Of a stretch of 64,000 nt of DNA, positions 12,401-26,369 are shown piece after piece. The stretch is taken from assembly GCA_964187785.1 (NCBI GenBank), contig OZ076414.1, forward strand, positions 39,990,001-40,054,000, in the 5' to 3' direction. Origin of the DNA: Amphiscolops sp. MND2022 (Eukaryota). The notes beneath the pieces are model-generated. The model did not search any database. It saw only the letters and a program-made list of their open reading frames with translations, and had not been told where the DNA came from. Position 1 is the stretch's first letter, and each line of letters opens with the position of its first letter. The translations under genes and the position numbers were made by a program.

Positions 12401-15400
12401 GGCCTCCATGAAATTCAGATAATTTCAACTTGGGTAAACTTGTTTGAACGAAAATGTACTTTCTCATTGCCTTGCTGGAGCAAGGTGTTTGTTTTCGGAA
12501 AAGTTTTTCCAGTTTTTTTCTCTGGACTGACTTATTCGTACCTCTGCTTTGAGCTCGCGGTGAGTGGTTTTTGTGGTCAAATCCTTTGTACTTCTGAGAC
12601 AGTTTACTTGACTCACGTTCATTTTCTACTTCTCTGCTAGATTCCTTCGATTGCGAGAAGCACTTATCGAAATCCTCCTCCAGAGTAAGAGACATCAGGC
12701 TGGGACATATTGAAGAAGCACAAATTGAGCCTTCAGCATCTTCTATTTGCCATCACAATTGCTGTTTTGCAAAAGCTGTCTTACTCTTCAGTTCAGCAAT
12801 TTCCGATTCTGCTTTCATGGAACCTCTTCTGTATCTCCATTTCCTTACAAGTTTTCTCTAGATCCAACTCACGTTCTCTGTTTTTTTTTTCTATTTCCAT
12901 TTGTAGTTTTTGATCCATCAATTCAGCTTGTATCTCCAATCGTCTTCGGTGGCCTTTTTTGATGGCCAAAGCATTGGAGCCTATTTTTGAACCGGCCTTC
13001 TTTGCTGGCTCACTCGCTCGCTAATGTTCTTGTTTTGGAGTAGTCTGCCAAAAAAAACTTTTACGAGAACCTGAGGTAGCCGATTGAGGTTGACAAAATG
13101 GGTGATCTAGTCGATCATCAAATTTGAGAAAGAACGCTGATTGATTGGCTTCCTTAAGCAATTTCAATCCTTTGTCAAGCGTTTCATTTGCATTTGTTTT
13201 CGTTGGAGCATGTGAACGGATCTCATCGTTCTTTGAAAACTCCGATTTTTCCACACCAGAAACTTCAGGTGTTTCGATGTTTTCCAATGGATCGTTTGCT
13301 GCTGCATTGCAGCTATGATCACAATTCAAAGCGTCAGTCATTGTCTGTATACTAAGGTTCAGTTCTTTGACGATGCTTTGAGCTTCTCGCAATGGTTTGA
13401 TAGAATGGTCAAGGCATCAGATTTGAGAAAATTGCGTCTACCTTCGAGACTCATTTATGGTACCTATTGTAGTTTTTTCTTCGGTAATGGCGCATTTGGC
13501 ATCGTAAAACTGATCGCAGAGTTTGAAATACTTCAAAAAGTCACTTTCAGACTTTAGGAATACGTAGTCACGCTCCTGAGAACTTCGAATGATTTGCTCC
13601 AATTCGCAAAACTTGTTGCAAGTTCGTACTCCAATTTATTCAGGATCCCCATACGACTGCTTTGAAACTTGTCTTTCAGCATGAGAGATATAATCCGAAC
13701 TCTTTGCACAACTTGTCCTTTGAAGATGAGTAAGTTAGGAAGAACGTACCAACGTCAATCCAAACAGTTGGATCCTGACCATGCAGATCCTGGAACTCCG
13801 CGTCTAAGTTTCGGAAAATCCGGATGCAAAAGCTTATTATGATACTTGGTGCATCCGTTTACACAACACACTCTGTCCGACTTGCAGTCTTTCATCAAAT
13901 GAGAGTTTAAACACCAGAAACGAAGTTTAAATTTCTTCTGTGTTTCCTATCTCTCAAACTCTATGTTGTTTGACTTTTATACACGACAAGATTTTAGGGT
14001 CGCCATCTTTCAATGGACACTGCTTTGTTGACGCAGACGTTGATTTGTTCTGCTCATTAGCAGCAAATGTTGAGGTTTTTACTTTTTCCGTATAACTGTA
14101 GCCTTTTTTCTCTGATTGATACTTGAATTGCACTGTCAATACATCTTGGACATAAGCAAATTCGTTCAGCCATTAGCTAAATTTGCGAAGATCAGCATGG
14201 TAGTAACCTTTGCTCTTAGCAACGAAAAACCACTCAGTTTTCAATTCAGTTGGTAACTTCCTCAGAGCTGAGTTCAAAACAGACTCTGGATACAAGTCGC
14301 CAGTGAAACCAAACTGTTTCAACACTTGGACACATGTAGTGATCAACTGAGCGTACTTTATAATAGCCACCGAATTATGCGACTTGATGAATGGACTCAA
14401 ATGGATATTTTTCATCTGAGCCTTCACAATAGTCTGTGGACGTTCGAAATTAGTAACCAAAGCTTTCCACGCTGCACTGTGAATGCCTTTGGGTATTCGA
14501 GACCCGCAATATCCGCCTTGGCCTTGCCTTTAACGAGTGTTTTCAAATATTCATTTCTGCATTGTCATGGGTTGGTGCGTTGTGGATGGTAGCTGTGAAT
14601 AAGCTCGACCAATCTGACCATTCCAATGGGCCTCCATGAAATTCAGATAATTTCAACTTGGGTAAACTTGTTTGAACGAAAATGTACTTTCTCATTGCCT
14701 TGCTGGAGCAAGGTGTTTGTTTTCGGAAAAGTTTTTCCAGTTTTTTTCTCTGGACTGACTTATTCGTACCTCTGCTTTGAGCTCGCGGTGAGTGGTTTTT
14801 GTGGTCAAATCCTTTGTACTTCTGAGACAGTTTACTTGACTCACGTTCATTTTCTACTTCTCTGCTAGATTCCTTCGATTGCGAGAAGCACTTATCGAAA
14901 TCCTCCTCCAGAGTAAGAGACATCAGGCTGGGACATATTGAAGAAGCACAAATTGAGCCTTCAGCATCTTCTATTTGCCATCACAATTGCTGTTTTGCAA
15001 AAGCTGTCTTACTCTTCAGTTCAGCAATTTCCGATTCTGCTTTCATGGAACCTCTTCTGTATCTCCATTTCCTTACAAGTTTTCTCTAGATCCAACTCAC
15101 GTTCTCTGTTTTTTTTTCTATTTCCATTTGTAGTTTTTGATCCATCAATTCAGCTTGTATCTCCAATCGTCTTCGGTGGCCTTTTTTGATGGCCAAAGCA
15201 TTGGAGCCTATTTTTGAACCGGCCTTCTTTGCTGGCTCACTCGCTCGCTAATGTTCTTGTTTTGGAGTAGTCTGCCAAAAAAAACTTTTACGAGAACCTG
15301 AGGTAGCCGATTGAGGTTGACAAAATGGGTGATCTAGTCGATCATCAAATTTGAGAAAGAACGCTGATTGATTGGCTTCCTTAAGCAATTTCAATCCTTT

Positions 15401-16039
15401 GTCAAGCGTTTCATTTGCATTTGTTTTCGTTGGAGCATGTGAACGGATCTCATCGTTCTTTGAAAACTCCGATTTTTCCACACCAGAAACTTCAGGTGTT
15501 TCGATGTTTTCCAATGGATCGTTTGCTGCTGCATTGCAGCTATGATCACAATTCAAAGCGTCAGTCATTGTCTGTATACTAAGGTTCAGTTCTTTGACGA
15601 TGCTTTGAGCTTCTCGCAATGGTTTGATAGAATGGTCAAGGCATCAGATTTGAGAAAATTGCGTCTACCTTCGAGACTCATTTATGGTACCTATTGTAGT
15701 TTTTTCTTCGGTAATGGCGCATTTGGCATCGTAAAACTGATCGCAGAGTTTGAAATACTTCAAAAAGTCACTTTCAGACTTTAGGAATACGTAGTCACGC
15801 TCCTGAGAACTTCGAATGATTTGCTCCAATTCGCAAAACTTGTTTCAAGTTCGTACTCCAATTTATTCAGGATCCCCATACGACTGCTTTGAAACTTGTC
15901 TTTCAGCATGAGAGATATAATCCGAACTCTTTGCACAACTTGTCCTTTGAAGATGAGTAAGTTAGGAAGAACGTACCAACGTCAATCCAAACAGTTGGAT
16001 CCTGAGCATGCAGATTCTGGAACTCCGCGTCTAAGTTTC
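9285..16039 (-). repeat. Triplicated BEL gag region (units 9285-11584, 11589-13812, 13817-16039)
   Basis: ORF pairs are offset by 2228/2227 bp. Units 2 and 3 are nearly identical and unit 1 is clearly more diverged. Identical junction CTAAGTTTCGGAAAATCCGG at 11584 and 13812. Confidence 0.93.
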
Positions 16040-16268
16040 AGAGAATCAAAATTAGATCTGAAACGCGTTTTTCGTGTTCAATCCATTCTTTCATTGTTGA
16101 TGAGTTTTTCAAGCAGTCAGTAAAATAGACCTTTCTTTCACATCCGTTTTTTGATGAAATCACATATGTGGGGTACAACAAATTGCTCACAGTCAGTTTT
16201 GCCATTTTTTGTCTTTTGCAAATCAAATCGAATCCCGCATAGTGCCTTCCCGAGTCGCAGCAACAAAC

Positions 16269-17932
16269 TTTTACGTCGGCTAGGAAGAATAATTAACCAG
16301 GCTTTACGACGGCCCTCGTCTTCACTTTGGAACAAACTTTTCTAATAATTTGTCCGGGAAAGTCACCAGCAGGTTCTTTTGCACTCGATAATTTGCAAAT
16401 ATCTTTCTTCTTCCAAGTCAGGACAAAAAAATTTGTAAGAAGCTTTAGATTTTAGGATATAACCAATTCCACTTATTGCGTTAGAGCTCAAATGGACGTT
16501 ATCCTTTTTCAAGTGTTTGTCACTATAAAGCTGTCTGGAAATGCCTCTGAATTTCCAGCCTTCTTTACGAGAAGCTAATAGTGCGTTCACACTTTTGGAT
16601 TTCTGAGGAAGAGAATGGCGTAATGGTATGCCAAGAACAAAAATACTTTGAACTTTGGTAAGTAAGAAAATAGCGAGATCTGATAGTTCCTGCGATAAAA
16701 CTTCCGCAGATTTTGTGGAAGGGTCGTTATCGCAAAAAAGATCGTTACCTCCAATGAACAGAACAACAGTATCGTAACTGTCCTTTTTCGGGAATGAAAT
16801 GGTAACCGTGTCTTACACAAGCTCTTGGTAAAAATAAAACGTTGAAATTAGCTATATCAAGCTCTTTACTTTGACTATCGGCAATTAACGATTTTCGCTT
16901 TGACGATTTAAAGAAATGATATCACATATATTTTTTTTCGGTTAGACTATTGGGCACAACGAACAAGCATTCGTAGTCGGTGAAGCATTTACTGCATCTT
17001 TGATTGTTGCTCGTGTTTTCTTTAATACATGAACTTCTCTAATCTCTAATAAATAAATTGTTTTTTTTTAGTAGATCTACTTTATCTACTTTCACGTTCA
17101 CATGAACTATAGCAAAACTTGTCGATCCGATGACAATGAAACGAATAAAACCACAAGATTGAAGCAATGAATCTAATTGAAGATGGAATCTCGAATCAAC
17201 TTGTTTTTACTAGGCAATAATCAATTGGTCAGAGTAAAGTCCAATCTATGCTCGAAATTAGTAAAATCTTGAACGATCATTTTCCAAAAGATGCCTTCGA
17301 TGTATTCGAGTTGAAATTAGAGATCAACTGTTTGGTAAGGTACTTAGGTCTCTCCCCATCTTCTCGTCGATTTGGTGGCCAGATTGGAGTCTAATAGGAC
17401 CTACAGAAAATAACACACACTCTCATGTTTACAATCAAGTATACGGGCACCAAAAAGGCTTTACTAAGAAACACAAAGTTAACAAATTGTCCACTCTCGA
17501 GGCGATAAAGTATATAAAGATATTTGTATATCAGCATCTAAAGCATACATTTACACGATTTTGTGGTTCAAGATTATATTTGTTAATTGCCCTCAAATCT
17601 TCTATCAGGTCGCAAAAGCTCTACCGGCTTCCGCCTGGATTCGATATAACCAAATATAGCCTAATTGAAACGTTAAATACACAAGCAGAAAGATAAAATA
17701 CCAAGTTTGTACTATATTAGATGAAATGTCTGATTTTGCCTCAGAAAAAAATGTTTTTCGAATTTTTGCTTTTGATTTTCGGTTTTTCAACCTGAATGGC
17801 AAAAAATATGTCGGTTGCCGACCATCCTAGAGTGTGATTCTCAAAACCCAATCTTTTACAGCCATCTTTCAGGAGCTTTTTAGGGTACTTTTCGAAAATG
17901 CATTTTTTCAGTATTTATTCGAGGCGCCAACA
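16269..17932 (-). repeat. BEL 5' LTR (1.66 kb) followed by tRNA-His-like PBS
   Basis: Starts TGTTGGCGCCTCG at 17932 and ends GACGTAAAA. Downstream GTTGCTGCGACTCGG resembles the complement of the tRNA-His 3' end (TGGTGCCGTGACTCGG). Confidence 0.85.
16363..16910 (-). pseudogene. SGNH hydrolase-like ORF inside BEL 5' LTR
   Basis: IADSQS..GGNDLFCD..KKDNVHLSS. In frame across the site that is shifted in the 3' LTR, and shifted at a different site. Confidence 0.72.
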
Positions 17933-19555
17933 TCAATGAAGCGCAAAAATGTCAAATAATATTGTTCGCGAACATTGTCACAGATATCGTTTTGCTATGA
18001 AAAGACGTTTTTCGACTCGTTGAGAAGGAAGGGTCCAAAACTTTTCCAAAACGGTCTCTCAGAGCACGAAATCAAATTCACTTTTGAAGACTACGTTATT
18101 GGAACCGCTGTCAATACAGTTGTGAGGAAAATTGAAAAGTCACAGAGAAGAGTTTAAGATCTGGTTCTCCAAGCAAAATTTTGAATCATTTGCAGCTGCC
18201 GTCTTTAAACAGCAGGACTCCATTTTTGAACATCTTTTTCTGAACAAAATTTTCCCAGCCATTTACGCGTTGAGACACATGTACGATCAGTGAATTTTGA
18301 CAATTGACAATCTCAATTCTCTAAGCACTGGAAACATAAATGTTTTCCAAAAAACTGAAACTGGGTGTATATTTGTTGCAAAAATTCTATTCCTCGACAA
18401 CAAATAGCGAAGCGTAGTTGAAATATATGGAATTAATACCGATTAACTTGCCCAAATGTCCAAGACAAATTTTCTGGTCAACAAAACATGTCAATTTTAT
18501 GTTATCGATACCAAGGTTATTTTCAATTTTTCAGGGCCCAAACAGAGGGAATTAGTTTTTTTTTCAATTTTGTCCAAGAAAGTTTTGAAATTTTCGCGAG
18601 AATATAGGAAGCAACACAGCATTTAAATCATTCATGTCACTAAGAAGTATTTGAAGTTTCTGAATCAATTTTTATATCATAAATTAAATCAGAGAACAAA
18701 AGCTATGATTTTCAGATATTGTTCAAGCTTAGGGTCTAGTTCAAGATGTCAGATGTTTTTGTTTGTTCACGTCTTTTCCCGTTTTTCCATAAATTTTGGA
18801 ATCGAGGGGAAAACCGACTCGTTAGCGTTAATCAGTAATATTTTCAATTCAATTAATTTCTCAGAAGCAGCGAGTCTAAAAACAGCTCAGAAAACTCTAT
18901 TCGTCCTTTTTCTTCCCTCTCGTTCATTGTTCTTTTTAGACCTTTTTTGAATGTTTTTGTCGACTGTGCGAAAACCCTTTAGCCACACAAAAGGTAAGAC
19001 ACAACCCTTTAGCAACTTTTTGTATAATTCAATCAATACCTTCGAGGCATTCGTTTCGAAAAACTTAAATTGCTTGATTTTCAGCAGTTCAACTTTTCCA
19101 ACCTTTTTGTCCGCATTCAATGATTCAAAAGTAAGTGTTACTTTGAAAAACTGAGGTACTGATTACGATACTATTGTGTGATAATATTATGTTTGGAAGT
19201 TCTAGTCAATTTTTGAATATGACAACTAGATGATGAAATAATATTCAATCGAAACAATATAAATTTGATACCTAAATCAATGATGGGTTTCGATGCAGCT
19301 ATTCAGGGAGCAAACTTTCAAACTATTTCAAGGCAATACTTTGATTATGACGCTTAGTAGCTCCTGCCCTCTCAGTATAGTTTCAAGAACAGTATCAATT
19401 GAAGTTTTCGAAATTAGGGTAACAGCTAGTTGCCTTTTGTTAAGAAAGGTTTTGGGAGAATGTTATAATTTGATGGTTCCAAATATATGTTTCCATTTTA
19501 AATGCTTTGGATAAGAGTTCAAAATTGATTAAAATATGATCAATCTGGGCATGCT

Positions 19556-20415
19556 TCATAAACTCGTTGGTTCTGAATCAAGTCTTAGAAAAGTCCGAGA
19601 CCTTTCATCATATTTTCTATGAGAGTCTTCAGTGAAATTATTTCTGTACACTTTACTCAGCCAGTATTTCAAATTTACTGCAGGAGTAAAGATAGTTGTG
19701 AAAAAGCCTTCAGTGTGACAGTAAGATGTGAAGCTGGAAGAACCCATTAGACAAACCGCTATACCTCTCTTCTTGAAAACCATCGGTTCACTAAAGTCAC
19801 CGTCACTCAGTGACGATTTTTCTGAAAAGTGATAACAGTAATTCCCTGGAAAAATCCTCGATTTATTGTTAAACCCAAGTCGTTGACAATCAATCTTTTG
19901 CAAAGTTGTTTCCATCAGTCTTTCAGCACGTGAGAATGGAGTTCCCTTAATCAAACCCAGCCCAATGGCAAAACCAAGTTTTTTCCCCATTTTTGATCAT
20001 CCTGACTACAAAACGGAAGAATTGCATGCTGAGAGGAACTTCGTTGAAGCACTTGATCCTCAAGTTTGATAACAGCGGCGTCATACGGGTTTCGAGGTCC
20101 TTTTCTGGAAGCCTCATACATGAAATGAACCCAATATCGTTCACAAGAATGATACCTCACTCGCCAATTGTTGGGACTGGAGAAATCTCCGTGAAGTATG
20201 TAAACTTCGAGAGGAGAAGCCCATCGGTTCTCAGCTCCAAAGTAAAGACAATGGGCAGCAGTTAAAACTGCATCTAGCCTTACAAGAGTACCACCGCACT
20301 GGTGAAACCCTCTGTTAACCACTACGAAGAAAGGGTAGTCTGGTGCTGGTTGGCCTCCAATAATCCCAAAGGTCACTTTCGAACTGAATACCACAACTGT
20401 TATCACAAAAAACAT
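19556..20415 (-). pseudogene. Intronless trypsin-fold serine protease homologue, frameshifted, catalytic Ser absent
   Basis: Hydrophobic leader, then IIGG, CGGTLV, TAAHC, YDAAVIKL, GDFSEP. Frameshift in an A-run near 19985. Confidence 0.88.
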
Positions 20416-20619
20416 TTCCCAAAAGCAAAACTGGGAATTGATGGCTTTCGAGGTTCAAGATGTTTCCTATTCAATAAATAAACTTTACTGATCTCGAATT
20501 GATTGTTTTACTGAATGAGATGTATGAACTTCGAAGTTGTTTGCTTCTCCCGATACTCACTGGGTGTCACTTTCATTTTCGTGTTCCATTTCATAAAACG
20601 TAATATAAAGGAGATGTTT

Positions 20620-23600
20620 AGCAAGTTATTCAATTATTGAGTTTAACTTTTTGAGGTTTATATACGTTTTAAATCAAGAAAAACTATTTTTCGACCCTAA
20701 AGTGTCTGGGTTGGCGCTAAGATTTCTGGGAATTTTATCAATAATTGCGTCTCAGCATATAATATTTGTGCATGACTTTTTCGTTCTAATGAAGTGTCCC
20801 AGGCTGCCGCCTGGGATGATAATTTGTACCCCATCCAACACAACTATCACAGGGCGCTTTCGGGGACAATACCGATGAATTAAAACTGAAAAAATGTTCA
20901 ATGTTCAACAAACGGTTTATATACTCTTGCATATGATATTGTTTTACGATTTTGTAAACAGTTACTTTTGTTATACTTAGAAACGTAATATATAGGAGAT
21001 TTTTAGTTAGTGATCGTTGGTATCATTTTTCGTTGGTAAGGACTTCGAAGCCTAGTGCAGCCCTAAGTTCACAGCACTTACCCTTTGAATGAGCTGCTTG
21101 TACAGAAGTGAACGCTTAATAGTTCGAACTCCGACTGTTTTGTATATTTACAAATACAGAAAAGAAAAAACAGATAATAATAAATACGTAATACAGAAAA
21201 TTGTGAAACGAATTTTAATATCTTAACCATGCAACGGTGTCGGCAATTTGCACTAACAAATGTGATATATGAACGAACAAGGTCAGACCAAGCAAACGTT
21301 TTTTCTCATGCTATTTTTATTCATAAAAAGATATCTTTCTTTTGAGATTATATGGGTGTCACAACCTAGTCTCAGTTGAATTAACTTAAAAAGTTAATTT
21401 TTTCATTCAACTATTGAGTCTAAGTTTTTGAGGTTTTTATACGTTTCAAATCAAGAAAAACTATTTTTCGATCCTAAAATGTCTGGGTTTGTCGCAGTGA
21501 GAATTCTGGGAATTTTATCAATAATTGCATCTCTGGAGTTAATATTTGTGCATGACTTTTTCGTTCATAGGAAGTTGTCGCGACCCGCTCCCGGTCGCAA
21601 TTTTACTTGCTGTTCTGGCATCCCAGCATTTACTCGAGGCCAAGGACACGGAAGCACTAAGTATTTAAACTAACTTTAAACTAACAAAACTAAGCAACCA
21701 ATTCTACTTGCAGTACAGTTAAGTGTTTGATGAACGGACAGTTTCTCGAATAATAAAATTAAACGTACACGTTACCGGAGTATTCTCGAGAAATGATTTT
21801 AAATTAGCCAAAACTTCCAGTCCGGCGGTTCTACGCGTGATTATTTTATTACCCATTTCGTCTTCTGAAATTCCATACTGATCTAACTAACAAAACATGA
21901 ACAAAGTTGGGAAAGGAAATCATTTCTTTTTTGACAACCTGAAAAGAAACATTCAAAATAGTTTTTAGTCCGCAATCTCAACGATCGAAAATCAAAAGAG
22001 ACGAACAAAATAGTATAGTGGAGTGATTTCCAGTACCGAGAATAGTTGTTAGAATTCACTTAAATCACAGTCAAGTAATTTAGGCAAACAATTACAACGT
22101 TATGACAGCGTCGCTCAATCAGGCCAGTAACCGGGATTTCTATTTTACGAACCAATAGCGTCGTCTCTTAACCTAGTCATTTGAGCTCATTCCAATAAGA
22201 ACGTCGCCTCTACGGCGCCGCTCTGCTGAGAAAAAGAGAATGAACGCCTACGCTCTCCGTTATATCTCCGCCAGCCTTCATTCAACTATACCTAATATTA
22301 ATACCTACGGAGCGCTTACGGAATGAATTGTAAAAATGTAAAGCTATACCTAATCTTAATACGTACGGAGCAACTATGGAGCGAATTGTAAAATGACGAA
22401 AATGAAAAAAGCTCGATGCTAATTCTAAGAATGATTTAACAGGAAAACAACGTACTTTATGAATATGATTCAACATAACAAAACCTGTACTGTAAGGGAG
22501 AATATAGTGGGAGTCTCCTTGAAATCTGTGCTCTTTTAAAAGTGCGTCTTTGATGATAATTACAAGCGTTACGTTTACCTTACAATGCAAGTATTCTGTT
22601 TTAGGAAGAATTTTAAGTCATAATCAGATATTTTATCATATGCATAACTTATAAGGTAATTAGATGACCGAAGTCGCAACGTAAGATCATTTTTTCCAAG
22701 GTGTAATTCCTTGAGCCGGGATGTCTATTTTTACTATGCAATTGATCATAATCATGCAATGCTATTAAAGACGTATTTATTTTGTTAGTTGGGTTTGTAC
22801 TATCTCGAAATAACGGATTATTTCCGTTGAGGTCAAGTTTTGTTTTTGCTTTGTTAATTATTAAGAATAGTACAATTTGGTATTGTTTTGAAAACTATCT
22901 TAATCAGTGCAAAAGTGTTTCATGTCATTAACAATAATTGGAGTACGTTATTCCAGCATCATTTGTTCCTATCAGTATCTAAATATTTCCATTCCCGAAA
23001 TTCTTTGGTCCGTTTTAGTTCTGTTGTCAATTTTGAGTGTCATACTTTTATACTTTTACTTCAAATCTCAGCTTCCCAAGTTGGGAATTGACTAATTGAT
23101 CATGCCGGCGGGCCTACGCCGATGAAAAAATCAACTAGACTTTTATTTTGCCGCATTTTTGAAGCCCAAAAAGAAAGTGGAATTTCCTGAACAAAAATGA
23201 ATTCTACAAGTATTACGGAGCAACGACGCAACTGGGAATTTCGATACCTGGTTTTTTTATGCGGATCTGAAATAATCTGAATCATAGGAGATTTTGGTGA
23301 ACAAATCCGATTTTTGCGTTACCTAGGAATTTTAGGTGAGGAAAAAATGATGCTAGGAAGGTATAAAAACGTTGAACGTCAATGTTAGTAAAAGTCAACG
23401 AAATTTTAGTCAATACTTTTGCTGTTTTAAAAACGAAATAACCGTTGTTGAAACCAAAATCTTTTCATTAAGAATTTACTCTTTACCGAAAATCTAAACT
23501 TTTCATCTATATAAAATGACAACTAGAAGCCAGAAAAGGAAAGCAATATCTGAGCTAGCTTCCGGAGAACCCGAAACTTCAATGGTAGAAGGTTACCAAT

Positions 23601-24250
23601 CTGAGAACCTAATAGCAGGCCCTAGCAAATCCTTTAGATTACAACCTGAAAACTTGGAAGAGGTAAAAACATCTTTGAGGAAAGAAATACTGTCCGATTG
23701 GCAACAATGTTGGCAGACAATCAAAAGGAGATGATGAAACTCATAGTGCTTTCGACCAAAAATCACCTGCTCATCAACATAATCAGGACACTGATTTTCA
23801 AACTGAAAACATCTCCGTAGCCCGAACGTCCACCCCTGTGAAAACAAATGCGGCTACAACTAAAACTACCCCGGTAAGTAGTCGTAACAGAAGTGTCCCA
23901 GGCGGCCGCCTGTGGTGATAATTTGTTCAATTTGTACCCATCCAACAGAACTATCACAGGGCTCTTCCAGGGACAATCCCAATAAATTAAAACTGCAAAA
24001 AGGTTCAACAAACGGTTTATATACTCTTGCCTATGATAAATATTTTTACGATTTTGTAAACAGTTAGTTTTATTATACTTAGAAACGTAATTTAAACGAG
24101 ATTTTCAAAGGGATCGTTGGTGTCTTTCTCCGTTGGTAAGGACTACGAAGCTTCGGCAACGCTAAGTTCACAGTATTTACCCTTTGAATGCGCTGCTTGT
24201 ACAGAAATGAACACTTAATAGTTAGAACTCCGAGTGCTTTGTGTATTATG
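20620..24250. repeat. Tandem duplication of a ~0.6-kb non-coding unit; second copy split by a solo LTR
   Basis: 20641-21250 aligns with 21410-21575 joined to 23890-24250. Confidence 0.8.
21576..23889 (+). mobile_element. Gypsy-type solo LTR (2314 bp) containing gag start
   Basis: TGTCGCGAC...GTCGTAACA termini. 5-bp TSD GAAGT (21571-21575, 23890-23894). The empty site is visible in the sister repeat at ~20801. TATA-like GTATAAAA ~23362 and ATG 23516 (MTTRSQKRK). Confidence 0.92.
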
Positions 24251-24707
24251 CTGTCAGCGTGCAGTATTTTTTTATTCAAAGACGTTGCTTGAAATCAAGG
24301 ATATGGCTGTGTCAGGCTTTGCACCGTAACCGGCCTAGCTTTGAAATGTTGATGGATTAAGGACGTGGTTTCTGAATCAAATCTCGGTGCTATTATTCAA
24401 AAGTGCAATCTAATTTAGTGTTGAAAAATTACGTCCAAACCAGGTGGTCAATGATAAACTTCCTTTCCCCCTTTTCTAAAACAATTGATGCAGTTGTAGT
24501 GAATTTAAATACACTTGATAAATAGATTGTTTATCAATGCAGATTCTTAGCCCTAAATGTCAAATTTCATGAATTGCCTATGTAAATGTAGCACTATAGT
24601 ATAGCACATGTAAAATTGTTGCATATTACATGTGGTGTTGATATGTTGTTCTCACCTCGTTCACGGCTTTCACAATACTAACAAGCCGAATACGGCCTTG
24701 CGGCATG

Positions 24708-26247
24708 TGAGGGTTTGGAAGTTTGTTCATAGCTAGAATTTTAATGTTGTTTTATTGCTCTTTTAGCATGCATCGTAGCTGTATTTAGATTCAGGACGCT
24801 CATTTTATTGACTGTCATCTTTCTCAGGGTATATAAGCCCAGCATGAGGAGGCTCGGACACAAATTGTGATTGGCAAACTGTTTGAGTACGTTCAATTTT
24901 TGTAGTAGCATCTACTGGTTCAACTAAATCACTCGAATTTGCAAATTTGACAATTTCATATTTTTTGTCAAAATATCTAAATCAATGTGTGAAGTAGCAC
25001 TGAGCATGTGATTACTCTTTTCGCTGTTTCTGTAATTTGTAATGCAAAACTGAGACGAGAGAAAACCGAGCAAGAACACAGAGAAAGACATGGTTTGAGA
25101 GCCCATAGAGACTATGAAAACTCACATTAGGACTTTTTTGAGATCGTAACCACCGGTTTTTGTTGTTTCAGCATTATGCTACCCTTCGTAGCGGAAACCG
25201 TAAAATGAGTCTTTTCGCCTAAAGATCCTGGTTTGGTACTTCAAGCACCTTCTCCTTAGCTTGTAGCTGTGTGGTCTGTCAGATTCATGCGTGCTTTGAT
25301 GTATTTCCCCTGGTTTTATCTATATTTGCTAGCTCGAGAACTAGTTTTGGCAATTTTAGATACTGTTCCCAATTTTAGATACTATCCCCAAGTCACCCTG
25401 AAACTGGAAACTTAGCTCATTCTTGGCCTTGTTGTAGTTGCCTTGCCATGTGCTAGTTAGGCGGTGGTCTTTAGAGTGTCAGGAACATGCCCGTTACTAT
25501 TAGCAATCAAAGACTAGAGCCGGTTGAACAGTTTTCGTTGAAGCACCCACGGCACATTTGTGGCGACGTTCGCCTGTCGCGAGCAATTCACCCATTCCCA
25601 CAGGTTCCTCCACCCCTGTTAACGCGTTAAGCAACCGATTTTAGATTGCCGTTACTTTGCCGTTTCAAGTTGAAACGATTCAAAGTTGATAAAAACCTTT
25701 TCAGGAAATACTTTTTTGCCTTTCTGAACTACGTTTTCATGCCTTCAACTAGAAGTCATAAAGCTGAAGAAAAGATTAAGAGAATTGAACATATTGTCCG
25801 ATTACGGAAATATGGACGTAATACTAAGCGAGGAAAACTCAAACTCACTTTAAAGAGAATTGGGAAATGTGATAAATAGGGTTCAGGTCACAGCGAACCT
25901 GATGCTCTTCCTCATCTCCTGGGAAAGATCATTTCAGGAAAAAGAGATCAGGGATATCGACGCTGGAAATGAGGCTCCCAGACTGGATAGACTGCTAGAA
26001 TCTATAGAGCTTCGGTCATACGAAATGAATATGAGACTTTCCCGAGGGATGGACTCTGCTATTAGCGCCATGGTTATACCTGAAATACAAAGTATTATGG
26101 GAACTTTGCCTTTAGGACAAAGGGTCATAGAGTCTGGTACGTCAGCTAACAATCAAGGGCTTGCTGAAAAGGGGTTAAACACAAATCTAACAAAGAAGGA
26201 TACCAGGTCTGCTCACGATCTTAGAGATACTGTGGATCTAATCCTCA
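24708..26247 (+). mobile_element. Gypsy-type solo LTR (~1.54 kb) containing gag start
   Basis: TGAGG...CCTCA flanked by CATG on both sides (alternatively TGTGAGG 24706...CCTCACA 26249 with no TSD). ATG 25739 (MPSTRSHK) and gag-like ORF 25860-26252. Confidence 0.75.
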
Positions 26248-26369
26248 CATGAAGAGAACTCGGATACATCGCTGTCTTTTTGTTTGCTGAGAATTTGTTC
26301 CCAACAATCTTTGAATTTTTTATCTTGTAAAAACCGGAAATTTGAGACTGAGTTATTTTTCTTGGATTG

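Larger units (their letters stand above)
3818..17932 (-). mobile_element. BEL/Pao LTR retrotransposon, degenerate, full length
   Basis: 5-bp TSD TCAAT at 3813-3817 and 17933-17937. Two LTRs, PPT-like AAAAAGGGG before TGTCGGCGCC, and gag-PR-RT-RH-IN motifs typical of BEL (KLKLSEFHGGPLEW, LCDTGS, FYMDD, WTDS, ICDNGTNF, FWKRW). Confidence 0.92.

Noticed and set aside
17975-18260. Decayed coding-like segment right of the BEL element
   Set aside because: Multiple stops and no motif I can name with confidence.
18887-19154. Possible host exon (KKVGKVELLKIKQFKFF..)
   Set aside because: No recognisable domain or matching exons; AT-rich Lys/Phe bias can produce such ORFs.
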